From positions 62,001 to 126,000 of the forward strand of contig NMRA01000012.1 of the NCBI GenBank assembly GCA_002633005.1: a stretch of 64,000 nucleotides of DNA, written 5' to 3'. Each line of letters opens with the position of its first letter. Positions within the stretch are counted from its first letter, which is position 1. The DNA comes from Phoronis australis. Taxonomy: Eukaryota; Animalia; Phoronida. The notes below the pieces were generated by a model. That model made no database searches and was not told the origin of the DNA. It saw only the letters and a program-made list of their open reading frames with translations. A program made the position numbers and the translations under genes. This document shows positions 35,067 through 49,851 of this stretch, in pieces.

Positions 35067-38000
35067 AGGCCCTTTCATACGAACTTAACTCCGGTATGAG
35101 CAGAGCGTGGATGTAAACTGCGAAGTTTATTGATTCAGAACCGTTCATACCAAGTTCGGTAGTAAACGACAGGTGACCTGTCACCATCGAAGTTATCGCT
35201 AGGTAGCGTTGATTCATCCATGCACGCTAAGATTTACCATAAACGTTTGGGTTAACACCCTGGGCGGTTAAATTGGCAAACCCAAAAAATCAGGGGTGGG
35301 CGGTTAACCAGACATGGGCGCTTAAACGTGAAATTTCAAGAAATTCAGAGTGGGCGGTTAACTGAACATGGGCACTTATTACGACAAACAACTGCCCTGG
35401 GCGGATAATCTTACCTCATGATCAGAGTACCACATGACACACGTACTCGGAACGCGTAGAGCTTTTCAAAGAGCTTTATCGTCAAGTCGCCAAAATGCTG
35501 CTAAAAGTGTCATAACAGCGGACGATCCCAAGAAATGTACTGTTGCCCACAGATTAGTCAATTACAATTAAATTTACAAAACTGGTGAGTAATAGCCCTG
35601 TGCCGTCCTGCGAACTTATTAGAGCTGTAGTGCGCAGACAACCAGTAACAATAACTTGGATTGCAACTATTCTCACGCGATGACACTTTAGAAGTGCGTG
35701 CGTGCGAGCTTCACGTGTTGCAGACGTCACAGCAGACATCAAATTTATGGTGCTAGCTGTCAAGTTCCGAGTCAAAGACCAGTTTTAAAATTAATGAGGA
35801 AATAAGTTAAAACAAATTCAGGTGTTTTTTGTGTTAGGGATGTTTATGTTGGAGATTAGATTAGATTAGATTAGACTCCGTGACTCATTTTCAACGTATG
35901 GTTCTGTGGCTACCTGTTTTATCTTGACCGCCCGGCATTGCTCACTTCCAATTGCGTGAAACATGCCACACAAAGAAGATGAGAATCGGGGGTAAGCGGA
36001 CATGAGCCAGTCGTCAATCAAAAGTTACCGCAAAGGCATTACTCAAAAACAAGCATTTGCTTAAGATTTTATTTTAAAATTACTAACACTACGACTGGGG
36101 ATGAGTCTAGTGAGCGCGTACAGTAGAGTCCGAGGAAAAAATTACCAATTCGTACACCTATCTGCGTCGGTAAAAAACAATTCGTAGATGTAGCCACAAT
36201 TCTTCGGGTAACCGGCATCCGTGGTTTGCGTGGCTACACGACTAAATTAGTGAAGAGCTTCAACCAGCAACGCGTCCTTTCCAAGTCAGTGTTTTGCAAC
36301 CAAGACTCCGCGCTCGACATAATGAACTACAGGTCGCACTGGCGACCTGAAATTTGGAAATGCGAGCCGAGATTAAAGACATCTTGTACCTGCCACCGGC
36401 AAATTCCAACCTACGCGAGCCGTTTTTTTTGGGGGGGGGTAAAATAGATAGGCCTACCAGGCAAACATAAAGTAACTCGAAAAACATCTATTTTACACGC
36501 AATATGTACAGATTATCCTATTATAATATCACTTACGGCAATATCGCACTGCAGCACTGGTCGGTGCCGCTATTTGCGCACATTATGCCGTCACTAGACT
36601 TGGAAATGCCGTCATGTAATTTTACAGCCTCTTTCAATATGGGTCTTGTTTTACGTGACAAAAGACAGTGGCTGGATTCAGCACGCGCGTACATATGACC
36701 CACCTGTCAATCACATATGTTGTTGTCAAGGTAACATGCACTCCAGAGTGTGGGAACTTACACGCGTGCACCACTTCAGAGATAGCACATCAAAAGAGAA
36801 CAGCGACAGCCCTACGTACAGGAGTACACCGGCGCGACACTGTCCTTTTAAGCTGTTGTTACAAAAAAAACAGTATTTCACAAAATTCCTTTGTTCCAAT
36901 GACCCAAAACTACAAAGTCAAGTCTGCTCCAATATTTTCCGGCTCGATGATCCCTGGACCCGATGTTCCATGCCCGTAGCTAGCTGCGTGCAAGTCATTA
37001 CCACTGCCGCCAATTTTCAATCAATTACATCTTAGATGTCTCAGACTCGAATGGTAAGAACATTGTTCAGGCTGAAACTGCCCAATGTAGAAACAAAAAT
37101 ATTCGGTAAGCTAAAAGGCCAGGTGGATACGATAATTCACTGGTACGCCTGTCGCAAGAAATCGTTCTATAAAGAACCACCAGCGACTAAGGCGAAATCT
37201 GCTTATGCCAACTTGTCTGAGATGCAATAAGCGAATAACAAAATTTGACTTGCAGTTTTTTATTTCTTCAAGATGACACACAAACATCCAGTAACGTATT
37301 GCCAACCTTTGAATTCAGAAATCGAGAGACAGCAAATCGGCCAGTGAGCTACACTGTCCGTTCAGTCGCTATACATCCTCGATAACCTGGCAATAACACT
37401 CATCAAAATAGGGAGAATTTGACATCTTTCCGTGAGTTGTGGAAATTCTTCAAAATACAAGAGCTTCCTACCAAAAGCGAATTGGAAGGGTTGGCAAAAC
37501 CACTGTCACATTTCTCTGGCCCAATTTTTTCGAATATATGTTTTATATAGTGCACTGCAGACAGAAATTCAGCGCGGCAGACCGAGTCGCTAAAAGCTGA
37601 GGCAATGAAGCCGGCGGGGTTCTTAAACTTTTTGAACATGGGAAGAAAATAAAGTGACAAACGTTCAAGTATTATATTTTGAAGTAAATCCATGACCAGA
37701 GACAAGAATTTGTTACTTGTATTATAATTCACATTGCCAAACCTCCGGCTCGGAGGCCATCGTTGCACTCTAGTTGTGATCATCGATCTAAAAGTCGGGG
37801 AATCGCGCGTTTGGGTAGCACTGGGCGCTAAATCTTCAATCTTTAAAAGTCGGAGATGGTTGCTTAACCGAGAGGTGGGCGCTTAACAGGAAATCTTCAA
37901 AAACGGCAGATGGGCGGTTAACCGAGCAGTGGGTGGTTAAATCGAAAATCTACCTAAAGTAGGGGGTGGGCGGTTAACTGAGCATGGGCGTTAACCCGAA

Positions 38001-38265
38001 CGTTTATGGTATAATGCGATGAATATTTTCAGTCATCCAGTTGAGTAATCAAGGTAGAAAAATAATAAATCAATTACTGGACTTACGGTTATATAGAGAT
38101 GGCTACATTACGTCCTCCTCTCAAGGACTTCATCAGGCCACTGAGGTGTCATGTGACTCGTCATGTGATCCATGGCACAGTTTGCGAGGGATGCCCTTTA
38201 GTGCCGTGGAATGTGGCCCCAACTCTCCAAAACATCGACACATCGACATAAGTATGAAAGGGCTT
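35067..38265 (-). mobile_element. PIF/Harbinger-like MITE, copy 2 (inverted), split by a nested 2.8-kb TIR element
   Basis: AGGCCCTTTCATACGAACTTAACTCCGGT is the reverse complement of the copy 1 right end; CCAAAACATCGACACATCGACATAAGTATGAAAGGGCT is the reverse complement of the copy 1 left end. Confidence 0.7.
35235..38011. mobile_element. Non-autonomous TIR DNA transposon with TA target site (Tc1/mariner/pogo-like), ~2.8 kb
   Basis: Termini TACCATAAACGTTTGGGTTAACACCC / GGGCGTTAACCCGAACGTTTATGGTA (24 of 26 complementary). Multiple sub-terminal TGGGCGGTTAA/TGGGCGCTTAA repeats at both ends; CpG-rich interior; no recognisable transposase ORF. Confidence 0.85.
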
Positions 38266-38274
38266 AAGAGTAAC

Positions 38275-38405
38275 AATCATGGGTATCTGGTGCTCATTGT
38301 GGGAAATTAGGTGGATACCGGTAGTATATTTTTCCTAGTGCATGGAGGGGTGTGAGCCTGGGACCTTTCGCCTGTCAGTCCCACGCTCTAACCTGAGTCA
38401 TCCAT
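38275..38405 (-). mobile_element. Degenerate tRNA-derived SINE
   Basis: Minus strand GGATGACTCAGGTTAGAGCGTGGGACTGACAGGCGAAAGGTCCCAGGCTCACACCCC resembles a tRNA head with a decayed B box. Confidence 0.5.
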
Positions 38406-40129
38406 TAAGGCGGCAATACGTGATGTACTCGAGCCCAAAACAACTTTCTGACTCCCAAGAATATTTGTGTTTCCAAAAACAACACTATTGTCTTCTTCTC
38501 ACAAGTTATAGTGAAATTGATTACAATAATCGCCTAGACAAATTCAACATGTTAGTGTCTCCAACTTTCGAGTCTAAGCTGAAACCGCTCACAACATGAC
38601 TTAAAACCGAAGCCATACCAGACAGTCAGTTCTCCCAAAGCCCTGTGATCACTTCTAAACAGAGTAAGGAATAAGGCAAGACCATTTTTACAATGGTCAT
38701 TGGCCTAAATCAAAGGTTGGTTTTAAAAGAAAGCACGAGTCAAATTTTGTCTCAACTTCGGGCAAAATTTGATATACTTATATCTTCGCTGTTGCCTGAG
38801 GACTGGTAGCCAGGTGTCACTAGGCTACTGGAGGCTGACAATGCCATGTAGCATCATGGGTATTAGCTTCTTTGATTTTTCTTCAAGTCCAACCTGTTTC
38901 ACTTCAGAGTATCACAATGTTATCATACTGGATGTTGAGTTTTTTTTACCACGTAAGCTCTGCTATTGCCTTTTATATCGCATATCTGTGTTCATAAATC
39001 CTTTGGCTTTATTGTTTCGCACATAGAGTATTCACCACATTCACAGAGATGTAGTATTCACCACATTCACGAGGGATTTGATAACGCCATCTATCAAATC
39101 CCTTAGGCTAGGGTAGCCAACTAGATCTGGAAAGTGACTAATGGTGACACATTCCCACTATGTACCTCTGTATTAAGTTTCAGCAAAATTGGTGTAGTTG
39201 TTTTACCAAAAACTGATGGACAAGGATTTTTTTTAGAAAATTGAAACGACCAAGTGGGGTACAGAGATATTTTAGGAAAAATGACAAAAATGAAATAAAT
39301 CTTGATCAATGAATACGTGTAAAGTTAAAGTTACATATCTCCTAATTTTGCAAAAAAAAATGTTATTCTTAAAAATGCAGGATGTGCATACAGCAAAATA
39401 TGTGAGATTTTGAAAAAAGTAAATTTCAAACAATTAGTTTCTGTTTTCTAGTGAAAAAACGCTGATTTTGGAAAAGCTGTCATCAACAACTACAGTTTGA
39501 TAATGTGCAACCTGTCAGCCAAAACTCCTATCAAAGTTTTACCAAAAGTGCAAAGCCCTATTGTTTGTAAAGCAACACATTATGTCGAGAGAATCAGCTG
39601 TCTATAGTATGGTTTCAAAGTTTTGAACATTTTTATTCATTGGTATACCCCGTAAAAGTCAGATTGTGATGGACAGTGTGTTAGATTGCAAGATGAAGCA
39701 CGTATGTGAGCAGATAGCATGCGAGACTTGATTTCCTCAAGTCCAAGTTAAACTCAGTCGAGAAGCGGACGAAGGTCTGCAACTGATGTTAACCGATCAT
39801 CTGGATTAGAAAACCTGCCACGAGTTCAACACAACTGTCACAAATCCTACCCATCACACAACTCTTATTGTATATCTCAGCCTGTTTTTACAGGGGGAAC
39901 AGTTGTCACGGTGCAACTTGCTCCACCCCATAAGTCACATTTACCCCACAACAGATCACAAACTGGATCAGCACGAGTCATTTACACAAATACTGTCTAC
40001 GCATACTCGCATAAACAACAGTGAACGTCCAAACCATGTGGAATGCCAGGAGATCACTGGTATATAGTTACTGCACAAGCGCATTGAAATATGACCCCTT
40101 TCCATCCTGCCTTAGTTGCGTTCAGATGT

Positions 40130-40580
40130 GTACTTGACACTGGAACAACTGATGGAGTGCAACTCGCTCTACCTCTCAAGACGGTGTCAAAAATGGCCGC
40201 AGCGGTGTCAACCTGCTCCGTGTCAGTCGTGTTTACACTCACACATTCGCTGTTGTAATACTGAATGTAGAAATAAACGAAAGTCAGATGAACATTTCAA
40301 ACACGAGTCTTTATTCTAACACTGAAAACTGGGCAAACCCTGTCGTTCTCACAAATAGATATAACGCTTATACTACATGCGCCGATCAGCTGTTCCATGT
40401 TATAGGTTCGTGACAGCTGTCTCCCGTTTAAATGCGCTTCAGTGTTGTTTCATGCAATTTATTCCATGATAAACACAACATTGCCTGTGACTCACTCAAA
40501 GGCGACCTGCTGACCTACATTGTGCTCCACCTATAAGTGAAGCACGTGCTACACTTCGGACAAGTTCCAGTGTCAAAACA
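40130..40580. mobile_element. Degenerate relative of the 22.2-kb MITE
   Basis: TTGACACTGGAAC...GTTCCAGTGTCAA inverted ends and GTGTCAACCTGCTCCGTGTCAGT internal motif. Confidence 0.5.
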
Positions 40581-43403
40581 TGCTGAGAAATGCAGCATTA
40601 GTTTGAACAATTACACTTTAGAGGGCTACTTGAATACATTACAGCAACTGCCATGACAGTAAAACATAGTTTAGAACGTAAACAGAGAACAAAACCCTAA
40701 GCGTTCAACTATTGGTGCAAAATAGTATTTTTCAGCCATTGCTGTAAAGGCACCACTGACTCCAAATTTTGAAACACAGCAACTCGAGAAAGAGTCCAAC
40801 GATTTTTTGACAACAAAAAGTCTCAATGTAAAAACAACCTCTCACATTTTTTATTAGGGCTTCAGTTGTTTCATGTTTAATTTAAAATCAAGAGTCACAA
40901 TATTTCCAGATAAGTGCTTATCACTGAACATATTTTTACCATTAAAAACATCGATGCTAGCTATGGAAAATGCCATACACTATTCTTGAGCTTTCTTATC
41001 CAAGTTTTAATAAAGAAGATTTGACGAATGTTGGTGACAGGACCTTTTCCCTAACAGCGTACCTTTCAAAAATGCATTGTCACATGACGAGAGTAGCTAA
41101 GTGTTTAGAATGACATGAACACATTGACTCAGAAATATATATCTTTTAAGGGTTACCCACTTATTAAGATATTTCATGAAGACAACATGTTAATTAGGGA
41201 TCAATGTACTCTTTAACTTTTTTAATAAGGTGGCATCAAAGTCCTAATTGTCATAAAGAAAATGACAACACCACAAACACGCACAGCAGTACACTGTGAC
41301 CATAGTCAAAAAGATGGATAGCATCATACAAAACAAGACAATTTTGCAAACACTAATTTGTGTTAGCACTTTTACGCTAAAATGCCTAGTGTGACAGCCC
41401 ATTATCATCACATTTTTAATGACCTAAAATTAAGTTCTGAATAAATATCCCGCAGATTTTTGCAATCTGTCGATTTTTTAGCATCGAAAACTTTCCCTGG
41501 TACTTTTAAAACAGGGACACACGCACAAAACAAGTCCTAACAATTAGGACAAAATTAAATTGAAGAACTAATTGGAAACCAGTCAGGTTCTGACACTTTG
41601 CAAGAGTAAATGCATACCAGTGAGCAAGCTATTGGCCATACAGTAATAATTCATTAGCAACTGATACATGGCCTGGGCACAATGCAGGCTTATCAGCCTG
41701 CAGCCAATACTTAGGCCTCTACAGCTACAGTGACCAAGACCATGGCAGCCATTACTTATACCTGCACGAGTCAATTACTAGCGCCAAGAAAACTAACCTA
41801 GTACCAAACACAGACTTTCATTCTGGGTGACACAAACGTGTAAATCAAGATCACAAACACAGTTTGGAAGTAACCAATCTGAATAATAAGTACACAAGAC
41901 CATCCACAGTTCATAATTCCATTCAAGAGTAAATGTCTACGTTTGAATTACGTTTTCAGGTGTAGACATTTAGAGCAGTGCAGCATTCCATACACAAGAA
42001 ACTCGCAAAAACGCAAGATCATTCAAGTGTTTACGAGAAATCACAGTAGGTTTACTTGGAAGCATCACGCATTTTCCGAATGCAAACCAGCTTCAATGTA
42101 TATGTGCCAATAAACAAGTATGCATTCATCAACCATGTGAAAACAGAATATGCATAAAAAATGTCCTTCCATAGAAATAGCTCACAGAAATTGTCATCAC
42201 TATTGCAACCTAGAGTTACACAACAATCTATCAGCAGCTGCAACTGACCCAGCTGTGAGCAAGAAACAACACTTGGCCACTCATATGACAACTCTCAAAA
42301 TACCAAAAGAATGTCCATGGTTGTACACAGCACTAACAGAGACTAAGAGTTAGTTCAAGTTGCCACAATAAATTTTATACACCAGATTCCAACCCTAGCA
42401 AATCTGGGCCTAAACTCCAAAAGCAGATCCCTAACGTTTTGAGAGAAATGTTCTGTCACCACATGTGTTTTTTCATAATTCACGCAACCACTCCATCTTT
42501 TGACAGGCACACCAACAACTCACTCAAGTTAAATCATAGAAGTCATCAACACTCCAGCACAGAAGACCTGCATGATCATATACAGACTGACCACTGGGGT
42601 CAGTGCAGTTAAGGGTGCACTCAGATAACACTCATGATATCTGTATGCATATACCCAACATCAAACTGATAACAAATGACCCCTCTACCCGGAGAATGTC
42701 TCACTTCTTTCTCAAAACCAATACCTTTCTTTCATGAAATCTTTGTGGACCCTATTGGTACAAAAGCAGCTTCCGATATAGGAGCGACATGAAGAAATAC
42801 ACCTTGTCATTAGATGGCGCTAGTGTAGTTGGTAAACACAGTTCACTATTATGTCGATTTAATACAGAAGGATATTTTCCAGCATTTTTCTTTTCTTTGT
42901 GACCATCACGTCGTCAAATTTCCACCACTGTGCAGTGGGATATTCATAGGATTCACAGAAAAGTGTTCAATGTCTCGAAATGTTTAGGAATGAAGCAAAT
43001 TACATTTTGTTTCTTTCAAATCGTGTCTCGCACAACTGAATTAGAAATTAGGTCAAGTGAAAGACGTTTGTGTGCTATCACAATGCCAGAGAATTGTATG
43101 TAGAATGCTTCTTCTTCCAGAGTTGAAGATCAAATGAAAATTCCTGTGGTATAATTCTACACATTCTAACCACAAGCTGCCCACATTATCTGTCCTTAAT
43201 ATAACTAGATACAACACAACTAGTTTTCCATGAGCCATTCCACCAGTCGATTATTTTTTAAATACAACAAATCATACTTTGTTTTTATCCAAGACAAACA
43301 ACAGCAATTATAAAGTTAGGACAGACTTGATGTCACCACAACACACTCAATAGACCGTTTGCTAGTTCAGAAGAAAAGTGTATTTTAGTCCCACTTCCTC
43401 TGG

Positions 43404-43610
43404 CGTCATGGTGCTACTACGTCATGGTGCTACTACGTCATGGTGCTACTACGTCATGGTGCTACTACGTCATGGTGTTACATCATGGTGCTACTACGTC
43501 ATGGTGCTACTACGTCATGGTGCTACTACGCCATGGTGCTACTACGCCATGGTGCTACTACGCCATGGTGCTACTACGCCATGGTGCAACTACGCCATGG
43601 TGCTACTACC
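43404..43610. repeat. Minisatellite, 16-bp unit x~12
   Basis: CG(T/C)CATGGTGCTACTA repeated. Confidence 0.95.
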
Positions 43611-46600
43611 AGATACTACATAACGAGAAGTTTGCAAGACCTTATGCTTGAGGTTTGTTAGAACTCATGCTGGTTTTTCATATGCGAGGTTATGAAACAA
43701 GATGGCAATTCTGCCCCATTTTTCCGGTAAGTTTGGAAAGCCTCAAGTCGTCCATTTGTCTTGTAAAATTGCAACAATGCATTCCACAAGAAGTACTGCT
43801 TTTTGTTAGTTGTTCATTGTTTGTCTTGAACTTGACATGTCATCACCAGCTAGTGTCCATCCTTTGGCATAAAACTTAAGGAAAAAACATTCATCACTCT
43901 GAAAACTCAGAAAAAAATACAAGTTCATTAGCAGGGCTTTAGACACATATTGCTCTACAATCGTCTTCTTTTTGCACCCAAAACACGCAAATCAAGAAAA
44001 ACACTTGTTTGAAAGGTAAACAAGTAAGAAGTCTCAAGGTTGGTCTCTAATACAACAGTACTGATAGAATGCCTAGTACAAGAAGCAAGGTACAGAAGCT
44101 ATCTCACAAAGCCCATAGTTGAGACAGTAGTTTCGCGCACCTGCATAAATCTAGGCCACTCGTCTCCATCGTCAATGTAAATCAATAAAGCATCACGCAA
44201 CACCACGTAGACATGGAATAGTATAACGCAACACTTCATCGAACTAACCTAACAAGACAGAAACAACAGCCGTTTTCAGAGATACAGCAACAGCACTGCA
44301 AAGAAGCAGCGAGGATAGTACTTTTTCTAGGAGGAATTTCAGCGGCACCAACAATTCAAGATTAATACTCTTGCAGAATTTGGGATGTTCAAATGATTCA
44401 CAAAAACACTTGTAAAATATACACGGATAAACCAAATTATAGTGTGTTTCAACCATTCCCTGAGTGGTTCAAAATTGAAAAGGAATCAAGTGGAATACAC
44501 TTTCACGATCATACTGCATTAGAGAGTTCTCCACAAGTTAAAGACTTTAATAATATATTTTAATCCAAAATTGATTTTTCGTTCAAATCAGGATTCTGAA
44601 AATTCACAAGAAAGATTCAAAAACATGAGATTAACACAAGAACATGTCTCCCTTAGGTTTAAGACTTGCAATACAGCCAATAACACTCACACCTGAGGAA
44701 AACAAATTCATGTCATTGAGTTACGGCTATACAATCACGACCAAGTCAATGGGGTTCAATCTAAAATTACCTTTAATAATTGCTGGTAGACCTTCCCCCA
44801 ACTCAAGCACACTACTAAAAACTTGTTTCATAGTGCAACTACAAAATCATATTCTGCACCTTCCAATGAGTCCCATTTATCATCACTTTTATTCTATTAA
44901 TGGTTACACAAGGTATCAGCCTTGTCAAATCTTTTATTGCTAACAACGGCTAGTGATAATTATGAAGCACTTTATTTTAATAACTCTACAAGAGAACCAG
45001 GCTATTCAGCCTCCAACCTGCATACAATGCTTTTCTACAAAACATCAGAGAATAACTGTTTCCATGGTTACACCAACAGTGTTTTATAACAACTGGGCTA
45101 TTTATATTTCAACTTGGATATTACTTGAAAATTCACAGGTGGTCATTTGAACATCAATTAACATCTGACGATATTTCACTCAACAAGCCTGAAAAATGCT
45201 ATGCTAATGTTGTGTTGTTGTGTCAGGCATACAGAAGCTGATGCCACAAGATTTAACCTTCTCCACTGAAAGTAGGCCATACTGATAATGCGATCTGCAT
45301 AATAACTGTTACAGTGAAACTAGCTGTTGGTCTGACTTACACTGACACCTCCTGTTTGATCATGCCACATAAATCCAAGCAAGCACCACTCTGCAGCTAG
45401 TCTAGTCACTGTAACCAAATGTGGTCACTGCTCAGATCACCAACTCAAGGTAATGGACATCCCACAGGCCACAGCACACACAGCACATTGCTCATTGTTC
45501 CGCTGTTTGAGCCTGGACCACTTTGATATCAGGTTGTCTGTGTGCAGTAATGAGTCCTAATACCTGAGTTTATCACCGAAAGCAAAGGCTGGCTGCTGAC
45601 TGCACAACAGCCCTAGACAGACAGTGGGAACCCTACTAGCTGGTCAGCTAGTCACTGATAACCTAATCAATAAGGATTTATAAGTTAACCTGCATTCAAC
45701 ATGAGATCATCTATATCAGCCAGTGTACAAGTCTATTGATCAGAAGGGGTTATCATCACTGTAGTCAACAATACCAGGGATGGAGAGAACAATGGCTTTA
45801 ATCAGGATCACAAGCTTAACAAGGTATAAAGGACACTATTACTCAAAATGGTCATCTGCCTCTTAAGATGATGTTCATTTTTGCCATTTCCATGGAGATA
45901 GTAATCACGTTTCCACATTGGGGAACTGTACACTGGAGTTCCATTCCGGTCACATGCCTATAATTTAGCACAGGAATGAAGTTTCAAAAACCGTACAATT
46001 TCAGTAGGCCTCTAGGAAGCATTCCTGTTCACAGAATTATTCCTAAATGTGGACACCTATTTGAAGGTTAGTGATGCAGACACACTGCAAAATGCCTCAC
46101 TCCGGTTACTCACAGTATTCTTCACCATGATGGTAAAAGTCATCGTCCTTATACTTCAGTGTGATGAAATTATGGTAATGTTGGACCTTACCGACACGTC
46201 TGAGTAGCCAACTATCTACAAAACTATAGGCTATAACTCCCTAAACGTACATATTTCATGAAAGTAGCAACCCTGTAGAATATGATTTTTTACTTTTTAA
46301 TAATCTGTGATCAATTGGATCACGTGATCATGCATTTTAATAAAATTTACCAAGAAGAAAGGTGCATCGATGGCTAAACAATAAGTTTGATTTGATATAA
46401 ATGTTCAAGATGTAATCTCAAAAACACAGTTTTCTATATCATCAATTCACTGTTTTACGAAACTTTTAGGAATTTTCATGAAACTCATAGAAGTCCTAAT
46501 TTTGATAGCCCCTCATGCATGGTATTTTGAAAACCATTCGTGACATCTATAGGAGAACAGCATGGCATCTTATGAACCCAATCAATAGTTTTTAGTACGT

Positions 46601-47347
46601 GATGTTAGCCAAATTCAGACATTTTTCTAGGGTTCTACATAACCTTAAACAAACTAAGAAAGGCTTTACACATAAAACAACTAAATTAAAGTGCAGAGGC
46701 AGTTGGACAGAGTGGCACAGCAATCCATTAAATACCTATCTATCCTTCCACTTCAGAAGATCTCTGGTCAGGAAAAACCCAATAAAATGACAGCAAATAC
46801 ACCAAAAACAAATACCTCAATTAACATAAATAACATGCAGACAACAGACTTCTGTTAATAAACAAATACACTCATCAACCTGATGTTTTGTAACAGATTT
46901 ACTTCAAACTAACCCAAATACTATGCGATTGTCTAACACAAAAATAGCTCACACAATCAAAAGCAAGCTCTTACAATGCTCACAGGTTATGCAACCTCTG
47001 AATGAAAATAACAGGAAGTTTGACTCATCATTATCAGTATTTTCAACAATGTACATGTTTTTAATCAAGTCCGCTATAAACCTAGAAAAAAAATTGACAT
47101 TTCATAGACATTGGTCATTAATGGTGGCTCAGCACCAACGGATAATGAAGCAAGTTGGTAGCCGTGTCTATAGGAGTACCCTTTGTAAGATCAACTTCCC
47201 CCTGTTCAGCCAAGCGTCCACACTACACACCACGTACCATGCAACAAATATGGCGCAAAACTGAGCAAGTGCTACTTCCGCCTTGTCTGCAGGTTTGCAT
47301 CCACACTACTCGTCAAGCTGTCCCAGCATAATAGCGTCCACACCATC

Positions 47348-47841
47348 GCTTTATACAGCAGCCATCTTGGCCATCGTTGAAATGACAGCCATTTTTTTTA
47401 ATATTATCTACTGCTACCCCATCATTTATTTCAGAAATTTAGTACACAAAAAGTGCTTTCTATGCGCATTTTTCAATATATTCCATGAGCCCCGCAACAC
47501 TGGTTGGTCTTTCCAGCATGTTAGAAATATCAACAAACCTATGAATAGAAACATTTTTGACGACTCTTATTGGTTGTTGCTAAAGCACTTCTTACTTTGA
47601 CAAACACTGTTGGTTAGTTTTTATGCATTTCTCATTCTCATTGACCAATTAAAATTGAGCTCATCTCAATGCCTTATAAGGAGTTTCGTCATCTAATCCA
47701 ATATTTATGGTTACGCCTGTGAAAAACTACTAAGCTGTTCACAACTCTTTACATTAGCGGCATTGCGTGAGGTTTTCAGTTCTGGGGGGGGGAGTAATTC
47801 TGAGTTTGCTCAGCCAATGTCGTTTCTGGTTTTCGTCATAG
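47348..47841. repeat. Dispersed repeat, inverted homologue of 55675-56259
   Basis: TTATACAGCAGCCATCTT vs AAGACGGCCGCTGTATAA; CGACTCTTATTGGTTGTTGC vs GCAACAACCACTAAGAGTCG; GGAGTAATTCTGAGTTTGCTCAGCCAATGTCGT vs ACGACACTGGCTGTGCAAAATCCCGAATTACTCC. Confidence 0.8.
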
Positions 47842-49851
47842 TGTGCATTCGACATACTCAGTCATATCATCTGCCATGCAAAGGCCTAAAAAGACTCGTA
47901 GGGATTATTTTACAAACGACAGATAATCCAGTTCCAGATCCGGATCATGGTGAAAACGTGGCCCAGTCAACGAAACCTAAATAAGCGTGCAAATATGCAT
48001 GAACCTTTCAAAATCAAGGTACCGGATTTTTGCCAACACCTGTCATCGGCATTTTTACAATTCGCTCCAAACTTGAGAATAGATGGTTCTTAACATGAAG
48101 AATGAATTTGTGACAATCCTAAAAACATTGGAAATAGCACAGATGCATAGGTTTGATAATCAAGTCAACATCTTTTAATAATATTGGTTTAAACAGGTCT
48201 TGCTCTCCCCTCCAAGTAAATGGAAACACACATGACTTATTTTGTTGACATTAACTAATTACACATCCAAAATGGAAGAAGAAACTGTGCACTCCTATGA
48301 TGAGCAGTTTCTGCAAGAAATTCAGTAGTGTAGAGTTTAACCGTTGGATGAGTGAAAACACAGGCTCGACTATGAAGACCATTTAGGACTAAAAAGCAAC
48401 TCGGTTTACCAATTAAAGAGGCTTGGAACGCGATAAACAAGACTAAATTGCAAAACTGAAAGTGGTTCTTTGCCACTGAAACAGAATTCAACCAGCTCAT
48501 CAGGTACTTTTAGGATTTTGTTAATTTCTGATAATATCCTGAAGATAATCAAAGCATTGTCTTTCAGTTTCAAATTTAAAAAAAACCACCAGTCAACTGC
48601 ATGCCACTTCGTCGATTTTTCTCCCACAAGGCAAAGCACGTTTCTTTATTTGGTATGGCAAGACGTAGCTCATTTCCCTTATGTGGAAAATGTGCCCTTT
48701 GACCTTCAAGCAACTTCAAGCAACTAACTGTGAGCACATGCGCGAATTTATCATAAGTGAGAGGAAAATAAGAAACTCTGTGGTAACCACTTTTTCCTTG
48801 GCGAGTATTTCAAAAATTGTGAATTTCTCGATTCTTTCTGGAAATTTCCTCACACGGGAAAGTGAATTACTCTGTACTAGACGTTGCATGATGATATTTT
48901 TGATGAGGTTTTGCGTTCCATGCCTCTTTACCGCACTTCACTCTGACTGCATACTTTGTGGGAAGACAAGACATCGCTGCTGAAAACTTTAACTCTATGT
49001 TAGACTTTTTTGAAAATTTTCAAGGAAGACATCATTCATTGCATTCTTCCATTTTCCAGTTATTGAATAAACAAATGGTTTATGTTTTTTGTCAATGGCA
49101 CTTTTATTTCTACTTTATTGTGCTATGCTAATAAATGGGTTGACACACCACTGCATGGGGCCACGGCCGCAGCAGTACCCACGGATCGCTAGTACTATAG
49201 GAACAAAGTGTGTTCGGTCAAAACTTTTGGGAAAATTTGGACTCTCATTTTTGGAGTCCTGTATAAACCCGTGGTCTGCAATATTTCTTAGCCTAGTGAC
49301 AATTATTCGTTCAGGAGCAACTTGTACTACGGTAACTCAGTAACTCGTACTGTGGAAGACACTAACGGCACAGCCAGTTAACATACCTTCAAATACACGG
49401 GCACACATGAGCATGCACACAGATGACATGAGATTATTCTGTTATGTCAAGTGTTTATGATTAGACAACTATTGAGTTTATACTTTCAAACACAATTAAT
49501 GTAGTCATTTGACAATAAGCTAATTATTCACCAAGTAAGCACACAATGAAGCAGACAAAATGAAATTTCATTTTTTAAATGTCTCAACAAAAATAAAGCT
49601 TGTTTGTACCGTGTAGCTGCCATTATAAAAAGCAAAGTAATCAGGCTCTAAATAACAATTATTTTTGTGTGAAATAACAGAAGAATTATCACATGACACA
49701 ATCTAAATGATACCTGCACTATCTGTAAGCTTGATCGTAGCTAAGATGGTTGGCAACAATGCCGTCCAATGCTTGATAAGAAAACAAAACACTGCAATGG
49801 GGACATCCCGAATTACACAGCGACACTTGAATCTCGCTGCATTTGCCCACA

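Noticed and set aside
36226-37783. Cluster of 60-129-aa ORFs inside the 2.8-kb TIR element, as a transposase
   Set aside because: No DDE, HTH or other recognisable motif; likely due to higher GC content.
43378-43661. Three overlapping repetitive ORFs (VLLRHGATT...)
   Set aside because: Artefact of the 16-bp minisatellite.
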